Assembly (NCBI GenBank): GCA_002269645.1
Contig: NIVC01002895.1
Location: 8,190-72,189 of the forward strand
Source of the DNA: Macrostomum lignano
Taxonomy: Eukaryota
Reading direction: 5' to 3'
Length of the DNA stretch: 64,000 nt
A program made the translations under genes and the position numbers. A model generated the notes under the pieces. The model was not told where the DNA came from. It worked only from the letters and a program-made list of their open reading frames with translations, and made no database searches. Below, piece after piece: positions 1 through 10,953 of this stretch; position 1 is the stretch's first letter; each line of letters opens with the position of its first letter.

Positions 1-222
1 GTTAGCTAATTATACTCCAGTCGAAATCCCCAAAAACTGGAAAGTCTGCCGGCGACTTTAGTAATATTCATGGATTTCAAATGAAACAGTGCATTATTTG
101 CTTTGCTGTCGGGATCAAAATAAGAAAACAGAAATACAGCTAACTATTAGTAGTAGAGGAGAACACAACTCTGCCGCAGGGAAAGCCACGGAAATTCCGT
201 GGGCCCGGATCAGAAGGGCGCC
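1..222 (+). repeat. Left terminal inverted repeat (may extend beyond the window)
   Basis: gttagctaattatactccagtc...cagaagggcgcc pairs with 8799-9022. It contains AGTAGTAGAG (149-158) and the palindrome ccacggaa-a-ttccgtgg. Confidence 0.95.
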
Positions 223-846
223 TATGTGTTTGCATAGCTCAACTCTGCCGCAGGCAAAGCCATGGGAATTCCGTAGACTCCTAATGAGAGTACATGGGCG
301 CCTCATGGGGGAATCCACAAGTATGCACAGAGCCGAGCTAGGGGAATCTCTAGAAATTGTGTTGAACGATTGGCAAATATCAGCGGTATTTTATTGTATT
401 CAGTATTATACTAATACTTTAATATATAATTTTATCGGTAATAAAAAACTTCTGTAAACAAAAAAGTGGTAGCCAAGCCTCTCTCTCCCGCTGTCTGGGA
501 GCTGGTGCATGGCGGCGGCGGCTTTGTTGCTGAAAGGAGAGAGTGCTCAGTTATCAGTTTTATTGCCACCCTCGACTGGGTGGGGTAAAGTTGGCGGCGT
601 ATTCAAAAGAATTTAGCGGGGCGTGCGGGAATTTAACGAGGGCTCAATACCTGAATGCGCTGATGAAATCATTATGGACATTGGGTGGCTGACTGTAAAC
701 ATAGCAAAGCTGAAAACATAGCGGCTATGTTTTTATTACCACAGATTTGGTTGAAGTGAGTATATAAGAGGCTAAATATGTGCATATGAGAAGTTTAAAT
801 TTAAATTTTATTTTAAACTAAATTTCTCATAGATAAATTTTAAATA

Positions 847-2008
847 ATGAATCAATCTCGGTGTCCATCCTACGTGCACGAGGTGTGCATCAGCTGCAAT
901 TCCTGTGAGCTCGGTGGGTTAAAGCTCCATAACAAAAAAGACAGCTGCATTATAAGTCGCTGGTTGCTTTGCCACGAGTGCCAGACAACTGAGCTGTTCA
1001 ATGTGCGCCGCCAAGTTCGGGCCCATAAAAATCACACCATCATTAATTGGAGCTCGCCTGATAGCATCGAACGAGCCCGCTTTACTGTACTGGAGGCCGC
1101 CCACCGCCAGGAGCAACTCAACATGATCGAGCGTCATCGAGCCCCGGTCAGCACCCTGAGCCAGACGATTCAAGGTGTGCGAAATCAATCTGCAATAATT
1201 TCAACTACATGTACTAATTTTGATTTGATTTCCGCTGCACTTGCTGCTGCAGATCAGCATCCAGCTGATGTTGCCAGACTTCCTGGACCTGCCAGCGTCG
1301 ACTATCCAGCTGCTGCTCCTGGACCTGCTGGCATCGACCATCAAGCTGCCAGCGTTGACTATCCAGCTGCTGCTCCTGGACCTGCTGGCATCGACCATCA
1401 AGCTGCCAGCGTCGACTATCCAGCTGCTGCTCCTGGACCTGCTGGCATCGACCATCAAGCTGCCAGCGTCGACTATCCAGCTGCTGCTCCTGGACCTGCT
1501 GGCATCGACCATCAAGCTGCCAGCGTTGACGTTCCAGCGGCTGGTGCTCTCAGTCTTTAGACACCGGTAAATCGCTATGACGATGATGCTGCTGCCGCTG
1601 ATTTTGTTGCTCCGCCAGAATTGGACACGGCTTTCTTTGAAGAGCACGAGTTGGAGCCGGAGGAGACGAACGAAAAAGCCACGGTCGAGCAGCAGCCACC
1701 GCACAGGGCTGTTCCAGTCGCTGGAAAAAATATGGCTGGAATGATGGCGGATGCCAGCCTGTCTGATCTCCTACGAGATTTCGAACCTCATGCTACCCCA
1801 CCGGTGGTACCAGAGTTTCAACAATCAGCAGGAGTCGAACCTCATGCATGCTACCCCACCGGTGGTTCAACAATCAGCAGGAGTCCAAGCCGCTGAACCG
1901 ATGGCTGCACCGTCAGTTTGCCTTCAATTCGTCCTACCGAGTAGCGTTGTGGGCGAGTACTCAATTGACTTTGGAGGGGGGATCCGTATTCGCTTGAGTA
2001 ACTCTTAA
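847..2008 (+). pseudogene. Element ORF1: Cys-rich N-terminus plus 19-aa Pro/Ala repeats and an acidic region, interrupted
   Basis: ORF 847-1560 continues in frame past TAG 1558-1560 into ORF 1621-1896. A 4-nt atgc duplication near 1845 shifts it into the frame ending at 2008. There is a possible in-frame 78-bp intron at 1175-1252 (caag|GT, tactaat, tgcAG) and a TATA-like tatataa at ~762. Confidence 0.55.
1318..1535 (+). repeat. 57-bp coding tandem repeat (~4 copies, PGPAGIDHQAASVDYPAAA)
   Basis: Units start at 1318, 1375, 1432 and 1489. Confidence 0.95.
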
Positions 2009-2984
2009 TTTGCTTTAGCCTGGAGTATTTTGTTGGCAAGGGAAACGAATTTTTAGCGCACACAAAAGTTCTACAAAAATGAGTGGACTTTTGATAAGGG
2101 GAGGAGCTCTAAAAAAGTTAAAAACTGCTTAAATTAAATTAATATTTTCAGTGCATGTTACCTGTGATTTATCTCGTTGGGCTGGGCTAAGCAGTTTATC
2201 AAGCTGGAGGCTCTTTGATAGCATTGTTTTCATATTTAGTTATTAGGAGAGCAAGAATGTACATGGTAGCTTATAATGAATTATACTGCTTTCTATGCAG
2301 AAAGTTTGTAATTTAATGCTAAATAAAAGTTTCTTCTTCTAAATTATTTTCTTGCTACAAAGCCGTTTATCCCAAATACACGTTGTTTTTGCATTGTTTT
2401 TTCTCATGATAAGCATTGAATTAATTTTAGAAAAAAACGCAGACTAGACAGAAAAAAAGAAAATCAACTCGTATCGGTGGATTTGATGCTAAAAGCTATC
2501 GCATCATGGCAACCTATTCGCATTACTCGACTATTAGTTTTGATTTTGAGGTTTTTACTATCAGCGGGCTGCTTTTCTATAGCTTGGTGCTCGTTGTTAA
2601 GTCTCAATATCACGAATAGAATAAGAGCATCTTAACTAGATTCGATCTCTACTTTGCATTTTTCTTAATTATTCCTTTTTAAGCTAAGCATTGCCATTGG
2701 CCTTAAAATTGATCAATTCGAAGCTGGAAGCAGACAAATCTGCATCAGCATTGCCTGGCAGCCGGCAGTCGCAACATGCAGGATCCTACAACATGTTCTA
2801 GGCGAAGAGCAGGTGAAGGGACAGGTGAGTTTTGCCACTCTGTTAATGTAAAAAATCAATTATTTTCTTACCAATATTTGAAGTGGAAAAATTTTAAACC
2901 TGGAGAAATGTGTAACTAGTTCAGTTTTAATTAATACGTAATAACATCCGCCCACCCCTAGTCCGTACACCAACACTGACTCTG

Positions 2985-3225
2985 CACACCCCCGCCCTCG
3001 ACTCTGCACACCCCCTCCTCGACTCTGCACACCTCCCTCCTCGCCTCCGCACACCCCTCCTCGACTCTGCACATCCCTTCCTCGACTCCGCACACCCCCA
3101 CCTCGACTCTGCACACCCCACCTCGACTCCGCACACCCCCACCTCGACTCTGCACACCCCACCTCGACTCCGCACACCCCACCTCGACTCTGGACACCCC
3201 ACCTCGACTCCGCACACCTCTGCAC
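2985..3225. repeat. ~21-bp C-rich minisatellite (cacaccccacctcgactcy)
   Basis: About 11 imperfect tandem copies. Confidence 0.9.
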
Positions 3226-3547
3226 ACCTATATCGATTGTATACATCCAAAAACACCCTCCTCGATTCTGCATACAGACATCGATTATTATGAATAGCTA
3301 ATTGTGCTTGATTTATAAGCAATCATGAGATTCTCAGTTTATGTTTCTCGATTTTCACTATCTTATCTCTCGATTTTATTTTTAGGGTCTTCATGTGTTA
3401 TCTCCTTGGTGAACAGTGCCCACGATGATGTACTGCAGATTCATCGCTTCACCCCAACAGCTGACATGACTGCGGTTTGCGCTAGGCTTGCCTTGAGCAA
3501 ACCGGCTTTAGTGCCCAAGCGCGCTGCGTCTGTGGTGCGCCCCCCCC

Positions 3548-3655
3548 CCGCCGCGTGTGTACGTTCTGTGTTGTTTAGGTGGGCGCCCACCCCTCCGCCG
3601 CGTGTGTACGTTCTGTGTTGTTTAGGTGGGCGCCCACCCCTCCGCCGGCGGGGGG
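3548..3655. repeat. Two 47-bp direct repeats, each with a 14-bp palindrome (ggtgggcgcccacc), enclosed by a 10-bp inverted repeat
   Basis: cgtgtgtacg occurs at 3554 and 3601. Palindromes are at 3578-3591 and 3625-3638. ccccccgccg (3544-3553) pairs with cggcgggggg (3646-3655). Confidence 0.9.
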
Positions 3656-3744
3656 TATTTTACTCCAGCCGCGCTGCTGAGTTGGCAGTGTTTTCGCGCA
3701 GTTCTTTTTTCTTCTTCTTTTATCCTTATTCTTTTAATCATTAA

Positions 3745-6700
3745 AATATAAATAAAGAGGCCTCGTTACTGCTTTCGCTTTCGCCAACATCGCGTATTTG
3801 TGTTTTGCTTTGGGGCACTAATGATCCATTCGAGTTTCTAGACCTGGTCAAACATGCGGTTCTGCAGTATCTCGAAGTTCGTCTTGACTCCTTTGACAAC
3901 TGTTCGCTAAGAGCACAAATTAAGCTAAACGTGCGCATGATTCGGGTGCAGGCAGCAGAAGCAGTCAATGTTGAAAACAAATGGATGAGTACAAATCTCT
4001 GTATGCTGGTTGATGTGCAGGAATTTGATGACTGGTGGAGGCAGAAATTTGCAGAGTTAGAGCAGAGAGTAGACGTGTACAACGCTAATGGCAGTGGATG
4101 GGCCATTGACAAGATAAATTTCTTCGACCTTTGCTCTGCCCTCGCTGTTCGAACTCCCTACTATTCGGGGCGTGCGGCTGGGTTTAGTTTGCCGACTGCG
4201 CTTTTTCAAAAGAAGGCCGTCATTTCTCCTCCTAGCAGCGGTGAAAATTGCTTTGTTTACGCGTGCCTTGACTTTCTTCACAAAGATCACTGCCGTATTA
4301 AGAAGTCAGCTCAACGAGAATCCTCGTACACCGAATGAGATGAGATTAACATTACGGGACTGAGTCTGCCGATCAATTTGTACGATCTGTCTGCTGTCGA
4401 GGAATTAAATCCAACCCTTTGCTTCACTGTTTTCACCTGAGAGAATGAAGCTGCTGAAGTCCTCCGACAGCCAAGCGCAGCTACCATGAGAGGACGAACA
4501 GCTGTCCTGCTGATGTTTCTTCCACCATCTACGAGCGAGAACTCAGCTGGTGGTCATTGGTGTGCTGTCTCGAACATCAACAGATTGCTGAACAGTAAAG
4601 CCCACCTGTACCAGCGAAAGTGGTGTGAGCGATGTCTGCTGTCATTTGACACTAGCAAGGCGTTCGATGAGCACTGTGAAGATGTCTGTGAGCCTGGTGG
4701 GATTTTTGTACAGGAAGAACTTCCCGGTGAAGATCACAATGTACTTCGGTTTACGGCGTGGGAAAAGACAATCAGCCCACCATTCATTGTGTACGCCGAC
4801 TTCGAGGCATTGAATGCACCTCACACAGGGCAGCAGACTGAAGCTGGTTCGAGCACTGTTAAGCTGACAGAGCATGTTGCCGTTGCTGCTGGTTACTTGG
4901 TGGTGCACCGAGCAGGCCTCACAGGGTTATCACCTATAGGAGTCGACAATGATGTTAACATATTTGTGAGTGAAAATCCGAAAACGTGTGTTTCTGACTT
5001 CTTGCAGTCACTTGAACAGCTAGCTCGAGAGGTTTATGGCTGGAACACGGAGTTCAGTCATCAGACGGCTATTAGAACGGAGGCTGCAAAGCAACGCTTC
5101 CGCGACGCTATATCGTGTCACTACTGCGGAAGCGGCTTTGATAGTGAAAGCGGAAAGCACTGGGATCATGATCACCTCAGTGGCGAATTCCGAGGAGCAG
5201 CGTGTGCTCAGTGCAACATGCAGGCTCGTCTAAAAAGGCGCTTTCTTCCTGTGGTTTTCCACAATCTAAAAGGCTATGACCTTCATCTCATTATGTCAAC
5301 GGCTTTGGATCTCATGGATGGATGGAGGATTTCGGTTATTCCACAGAATCCTGAGCAGTTTGTTTCAATGAAAGTTGACTTCAAAATCGATGAGTACGAG
5401 AGGGGAGGAAAGACTAAGCCATTGTTCTTTACCATTCAATTCATTTATTCTAACCAATTTCTCAACGCCAGCTTGGCTCAGCTGATCAAGAACCTGCCAG
5501 AAGAAGAGTGCACCATCACTAGCCTGCTAAAAAGTAAGTTTCCACTGTTGTCTCCAGAAGTTTTATTCAGAAAATGCACTTTTCCGTACGACTACTTAAC
5601 CAATTCAAATGTCCTTGAGGATACCGAGCTGCCAAGTAAAGAACAATTCTACAACGTTCTGACTAAAAGCCACTGCAGTGATGAGGATTACAGGCATGCA
5701 CAGAAAGCATGGCATGAATTCCAAGTTAAAACGCTGAAAGAGTACATGCTATGCTACCTTGAGCTTGACATTCGGCAGCTCGCCGATGTCTTTGAAAATT
5801 TTCGCAAGCTCAGCCTTCGTGATGATGACCTTGATCCGGTGCATTTCGTTTCAACCCTGGGATTATCTTTTGCTTCAGCACTGAAGTCTCTCAAATCCAG
5901 AATCGAGCTGATTACGGATTCGCAAATGTATGCAACATTCGAGCGCGGTATTCGCGGTGGCATGTCATTTGTGAACATACACAGAGTGTCAGCCAACTCT
6001 CCAGATATTAGAAAAAAATTGGAAGCAGCTGACAATCAGACTATCTGCAATGACAATGATGATGATGATGATGATGACTGTCACGACGAGGGCGCTGATC
6101 AAGCTGTTCCTACCGAGCTTCTAGCAGTAGATGCTAACAACCTTTACGGTCAAGCTCTTACCATGAACTTACCTGTAAATGGATTTCGCTGGCTTTCCGA
6201 AGATGAGCTACAGCTGTGGACCGAGGATCGTATCCGAGGGCTCAAAATCTCAGATCCAATTGCTTATCTGCTCGATGTCGATCTTCTATATCCAGCAGAG
6301 ATACATTCCACCACTGAAGATTTGCCTTTTGCACCAGAAAAAGAAGCACCAAAATTCAAAGAATTTCCTGCCTACATGCAACAGCTTTGGAGGCAGATTA
6401 CTGGAGACAAAGCAGCCTATCGTTCGGCAGAAAAACTTCTGCTCACCTGTCATGACAAGCAGAGTTATGTGCTTCATTCGGCTATCTTGGCATTCTACTT
6501 GAGCCATGGAATGAAAATCAAACGAATTAATCGAATGATTGAGTACAAACAGGAGCCGATATTTGCTGACTATGTTAACATGAACAGCGTGAAAAGAGCT
6601 GCTGCGACAAACAGCTTCGAGAAAGACTACTACAAACTAAAAAACAATGCGCTCTTCGGAAAAACAATGGAAAACGTGCGTAAGCGACGTGACATTCGGA

Positions 6701-8287
6701 TTTGCACCAACACTGCAAAAGCAAAGGTGCTGGCTTCAAAACCATCCATTAAGAACTTCATCATAATTACCGACTCACTGAGCATAATTGAATTCCAGAA
6801 GACTAAGGTCAAGCTTGATCGTCCGATTTTTATTGGCCAGTGTGTTCTTGACTATTCGAAGCTAATCATGTACGAGTTATTCTACGTACATGACTACGTA
6901 CTGCGGCGAGGGTCGGTCTCGTCATCAACGCCAGGAAGACCGAGGTGCTGACGGTGCCGCATGATCTACCCGCCGAGATTCGACTTCAAGACGGCGACGG
7001 CCCCGGGACGGCGCTCCCGAAGTGCCTTCAGTTCGTCTACCTCGGCGGACTGGTGCCGGACGTCGGTGACGACCTAGCGAGACGGCGCGGCAAGGCCTGG
7101 GCTGCCTTCCGATCTGTGCGGGCGGTGCTGCTCTCCGAGGCCCTGTCCGACGGCGCCAGGTCCCAGCTGTTCCAGGCGGTTGTTGAGACCACCCTGCTGT
7201 ACAATGCTGAGACCTGGACGCTGACCGGGGCGCTTGAGGCGCAGCTCGACGCGGCGCATGCGGCCCTAGTCCGCGCCGCTTTCGGCGCCCGCCGCGGCCC
7301 TGGCAGCGAGACAACCGAGTCCCTGTACAAACGCACAGGCCTGACGCGGCCTTCTGCCCTGCTGAGTCAGCGGCGCCTGCGGCTTGCCGGACATGTCATC
7401 CGGACCGAAGCCTACTGCCCAGAGCCGCTGCAGGACGTCCTGCTGTGGACCCCGCAGGGACCGCGCAGGCGTGGTCAGGGACGATCAGCCCGCTACGTCG
7501 ACCGCCTTTTTGAAGATGCGCGAGCACCCAGCCAGACGGCCGGTGTGAAGCACATTAGAGACCTGGCTCTGAAACGCGCGATTTGACGCTCCCCCCTCTT
7601 GGCCACTCCCGTGGCTGGCGTGGGGCGTAACTATTATTATTATTATTATTATTATTCTACGACAAATTGAAGCCTTGGCTTGAGCAAGAGGGTGCCCGTG
7701 TTCGGCTCTGTGGTGGAGACACCGACTCGCTCTTTCTTTGCATTCAGAATATGGATGTGCAGTCGGAAGTTCTTCCACTGCTAAAAGCAAAGAAACTCCT
7801 TGACACTTCCAACTATTCACCTGAGCACCCGCTGTTCTCAAATGAATTGAAAGCTCGCCTCGGTTGCATCAAGGACGAAGGAGCTGGAGCTCGCTATCTC
7901 GAATGGTTGCTTTTGAGACCAGAGCTGTATTCCTTTCTCGCTAGCACTGCAACTGCTGAAAAGAAAAAAGCCAAAGGCATTCAAGGATGTGTTGTCAAGA
8001 AGGAGATTGCGCATAGTGATTACTTGAGAGTCTTCAATGATCTGAGTAGCATGTCCGTCATCATCCACAGGATCGCTAGCATCCAACACAGGCTATTCAC
8101 GCTGCAGCAGCGAAAGTGTGCCTTAAGCATTTGGGAGGACAAGCGCGCTTGGCTGACACCGAACTACAGTCTCCCGTTTGGCCATTTCCAACTTCTTCAT
8201 CCGGAGTCGTCGCAGCTGCAACAGCACGTGAATGCTACAGCCTCCCGAAAGCGGCGCCGGGAAGAAGACCACGAATTTAATAAGTGA
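3745..8287 (+). pseudogene. Protein-primed family-B DNA polymerase (DNA_pol_B_2 type) with C2H2-like finger and endonuclease VII/HNH insert; disrupted
   Basis: One frame runs 3745-6886, then 7662-8287 once the LINE is removed. Motifs: GSGW..KINF, LP..LFQKKAVI..CF, C-x2-C finger, ExoI YADFE, EndoVII CHYC..DHDHLSGEFRGAAC..CN, ExoII HNLKGYD, ExoIII YLELD, PolA DANNLYG, PolB KLKNNALFGK, PolC GDTDS, KAKGI. In-frame TGA at 4336-4338 and 4438-4440. KxY reads E-L-Y. Confidence 0.92.
6887..7651 (+). mobile_element. 5'-truncated RTE-like non-LTR retrotransposon inserted in polB
   Basis: RT C-terminal motifs RVGLVINARKTEVL, FVYLGG, RRGKAWAAF, LLYNAETW, RLRLAGHV; (TAT)n tail 7632-7651. The 10-bp TSD ttattctacg is at 6877-6886 and 7652-7661. 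Excision restores ...ELFY-DKLKPW... Confidence 0.93.
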
Positions 8288-8798
8288 CTGAGTATAACTT
8301 TTTATCACACGGCCTCTACACATTTTATTCTGAATATTTAGTCTTTGGTTTCTTCAAACATATACTCGCCTTTATCCGTTTAAATTATATGCTTTCTCAA
8401 TTTTGCTATCTCAGATAGAAATAGTTGCAGCAATTTGCCTCCCCTGTTTCACCATAATGTTAGTGTCTTTTTGAACTTTTTGTCTGAAGTCTTAATGCTA
8501 GCTATTAATTTATTAGTAATTTGATTTCAGTACCTTGTAACTGCACGATTTCTAATATTAAATTGCAAAGTCAGTAAATTAAATGTATTGAAATTTTTAT
8601 TGCTGAGTTTTATGTTCATTTATTACTTTTTTAACATGATGCTAAAACATTTCTTTGCATTGCTTTTGTTGAAATTTCTTGCCTATACTAGTAATTTTGC
8701 GGTCCAGTTACATGTATGAGTGTCAGTCGAGTTTGATTAATTATCGATTGACTCAAGAGCTGTCGACACAACTTAGCAAGCCATTTGGTCTAGCCATT

Positions 8799-9022
8799 GG
8801 CGCCCTTCTGATCCGGGCCCACGGAATTTCCGTGGCTTTCCCTGCGGCAGAGTTGTGTTCTCCTCTACTACTAATAGTTAGCTGTATTTCTGTTTTCTTA
8901 TTTTGATCCCGACAGCAAAGCAAATAATGCACTGTTTCATTTGAAATCCATGAATATTACTAAAGTCGCCGCGGCAGACTTTCCAGTTTTTGGGGATTTC
9001 GACTGGAGTATAATTAGCTAAC
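8799..9022 (-). repeat. Right terminal inverted repeat
   Basis: ggcgcccttctg...gactggagtataattagctaac is the reverse complement of 1-222. Confidence 0.95.
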
Positions 9023-9351
9023 CAAGCAGATGCATTCCGGAGTACCTGCACAGCAAAAGCTAGCCAATTATTCGCTATTCAAATCGAACAGCAAACAACA
9101 TTGCGCAACAAGAAATGATAATTATCGCTTCGATCAATAAGAAACTTACCTCTGTCACGTGCGGGCCTGTAAGAGTCACGGCAGTCCACCTGTCCTTGCA
9201 GGGCACGTTGGAGAGCTTTGACACCGATGGCATTGAGTGCTGCTCACAGCTGGCTTATATAAGCAGGAGTGCAGGCACTAGCTGTTCCATCGAACTGACC
9301 ATCTCAGCTGCAATATTGAGTACACCATCTTGCACTGTAAGACCGGAGAGC

Positions 9352-10129
9352 ATGAAACTGCTACTGCCTACTCTGCTGCTGCCCGCACTGCTGCTCATGA
9401 GCTGCAACAGCGTCACAGGTGAGAGCTTGTCTGCTGAGGTCAATTTCCTCATTCGCAGCTGTTGGGATGTCCAAAGTCAACCCGCACACGTGCATTTCCC
9501 ATTGCAGCCAATCGGTGGGCAGCCACCTTGACACCGGAAGCGAAAACTGACTGGGGAGACTGGGGCAACTGGGAAAGCTGTCCTGACGGATCGTTAGTTA
9601 GCAGGTGAGGCTTGCAAGTCAGCTGCATCACACGTAGAGTTGTCACAGCCGCATGTCCCATCAAGGACGACAGTCAGCGATCCGTCACAAATGCATCAAT
9701 CCTTTCAGGTTCCAGCTGAAGGTGGAGGACAAGCAGGGCAACGGTGACGACACGGCCCTGAACTCTGTGAAGATGTTCTGCTCACATGACGGTAGCTGGG
9801 GAAGCCACTCGCTGGAAAGTGCAGCTGGCAGCTGGGGCAACTGGCGCGAATCCTTGCACTGCAGCAAGTTTTACTCAGGTATCCAGTTCCGCTCGGAGCC
9901 GTCTCAGGGCGGTGGTGACGACACGGCTGGCAACAATGTCCGTCTGCTGTGCGACGGCAACTGGCAGGATGGTGGCGGCCTGGACTGGGGCAGCTGGACC
10001 GACGCCCAGTACTGCCCTCACAACAGCTTCATCTGCGCCCTGCGCACCAAGGTCGAGGGCTCGCAAGGCGGCAGGCGTGACGACACGGCCCTCAATGCGA
10101 TCGAGGTCCAGTGCTGCTACATCAACTGA
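9352..10129 (+). CDS. VMO1: Vitelline membrane outer layer protein 1 homolog (VOMI beta-prism), join(9352..9418,9508..9604,9709..10129), 194 aa
   Basis: Signal peptide MKLLLPTLLLPALLL; WGDWGNWESCP; three G-x-x-DDTALN/DDTAGN repeats; WGSWT..QYC. GT-AG introns have compatible phases. TATA-like ttatataa at ~9255. Confidence 0.92.
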
Positions 10130-10953
10130 CCTGACTGTGTGCTGTAGCAATTTGTTTTACTTGTGCCAGTCAATACAATCGTTCTTCCTGGACTGTGGTC
10201 TCATTATTTATGGAATGTGCTTTCAATAATAAGTAGACTCTTTTCTCGTTACTAAATTGACAATGTTCCCAGTATTAAAGATGGTGACCTTAGACTTAGG
10301 CTTTTGGGTTACTACTGACCCCCTGTGTCATCATTGCCATCATTGCCCCCTGTTTTTAACTGAGGCAACATATTCAGATGTCCAAGAAAATTCCATTCTC
10401 TAACTGTGAATTAAGTTCTGAATGTTTTTTTAGTTTTTTCGACAGCCCTGAAGCAAATAAGCGCAGATTTCAGAAAAAAAATGCGCGCGTAATTAGTAGC
10501 AAGCAGTGAGTCTTATTGTGTTGCGTAACTCAATGCCATCTGAAGACTTCAACTAACGTCATTTACGAATAAATTTTTTATTTAATTTTAATACCAGCAC
10601 TTTGCTTAATGCAAAGTCCCATGCAGTGTCTTCAGCGCTGATTTCAGGTGGCTGGATGGAACGATGGGTGAAAGTGTCGCTCCATTGGCGTGCGAGAACC
10701 GTGTGAAAGTATGAAAGAAACAGACTGATAAACAATTAGCTGAGACAAAATTAAACATTGACGTACCTGCTGAGGCCCACTAATACTAAGTGTGGTTCAG
10801 GTAATCAATGGACGATGTAATTGGGCGCTGTTCATTAAAGTTGGAACATTTTTCACGTTTTTATAGATTCCAGAGTTCTCAGTTATGATGAAAAAACTCA
10901 CAAACCCTTTCATTGATTGTTATCAAACGTTACATGTTATCAAGTGTTATCAA

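Larger units (their letters stand above)
1..9022 (+). mobile_element. TIR-bounded pPolB-encoding element (Polinton/Maverick- or bidnavirus-related, minimal/defective)
   Basis: 1-222 is the reverse complement of 8799-9022 apart from a 2-nt indel. The interior holds a pPolB gene and one other ORF. The left end is cut by the window edge, so the true termini and any TSD cannot be seen. Confidence 0.8.

Noticed and set aside
4336-4440. Alternative genetic code (TGA=Trp) implying a mitochondrial or Mollicute origin of polB
   Set aside because: All other Trp codons are TGG, true stops include TGA, and other degenerative changes are present.
6052-6078. Poly-Asp insert in the polB palm region as a functional novelty
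   Set aside because: It is most simply a (GAT)n slippage tract in a decaying copy.
9459-9507. Alternative 40-bp first intron of VMO1
   Set aside because: Using the AG at 9457-58 leads to a stop at ~9548; the AG at 9506-07 gives the conserved WGDWG frame.
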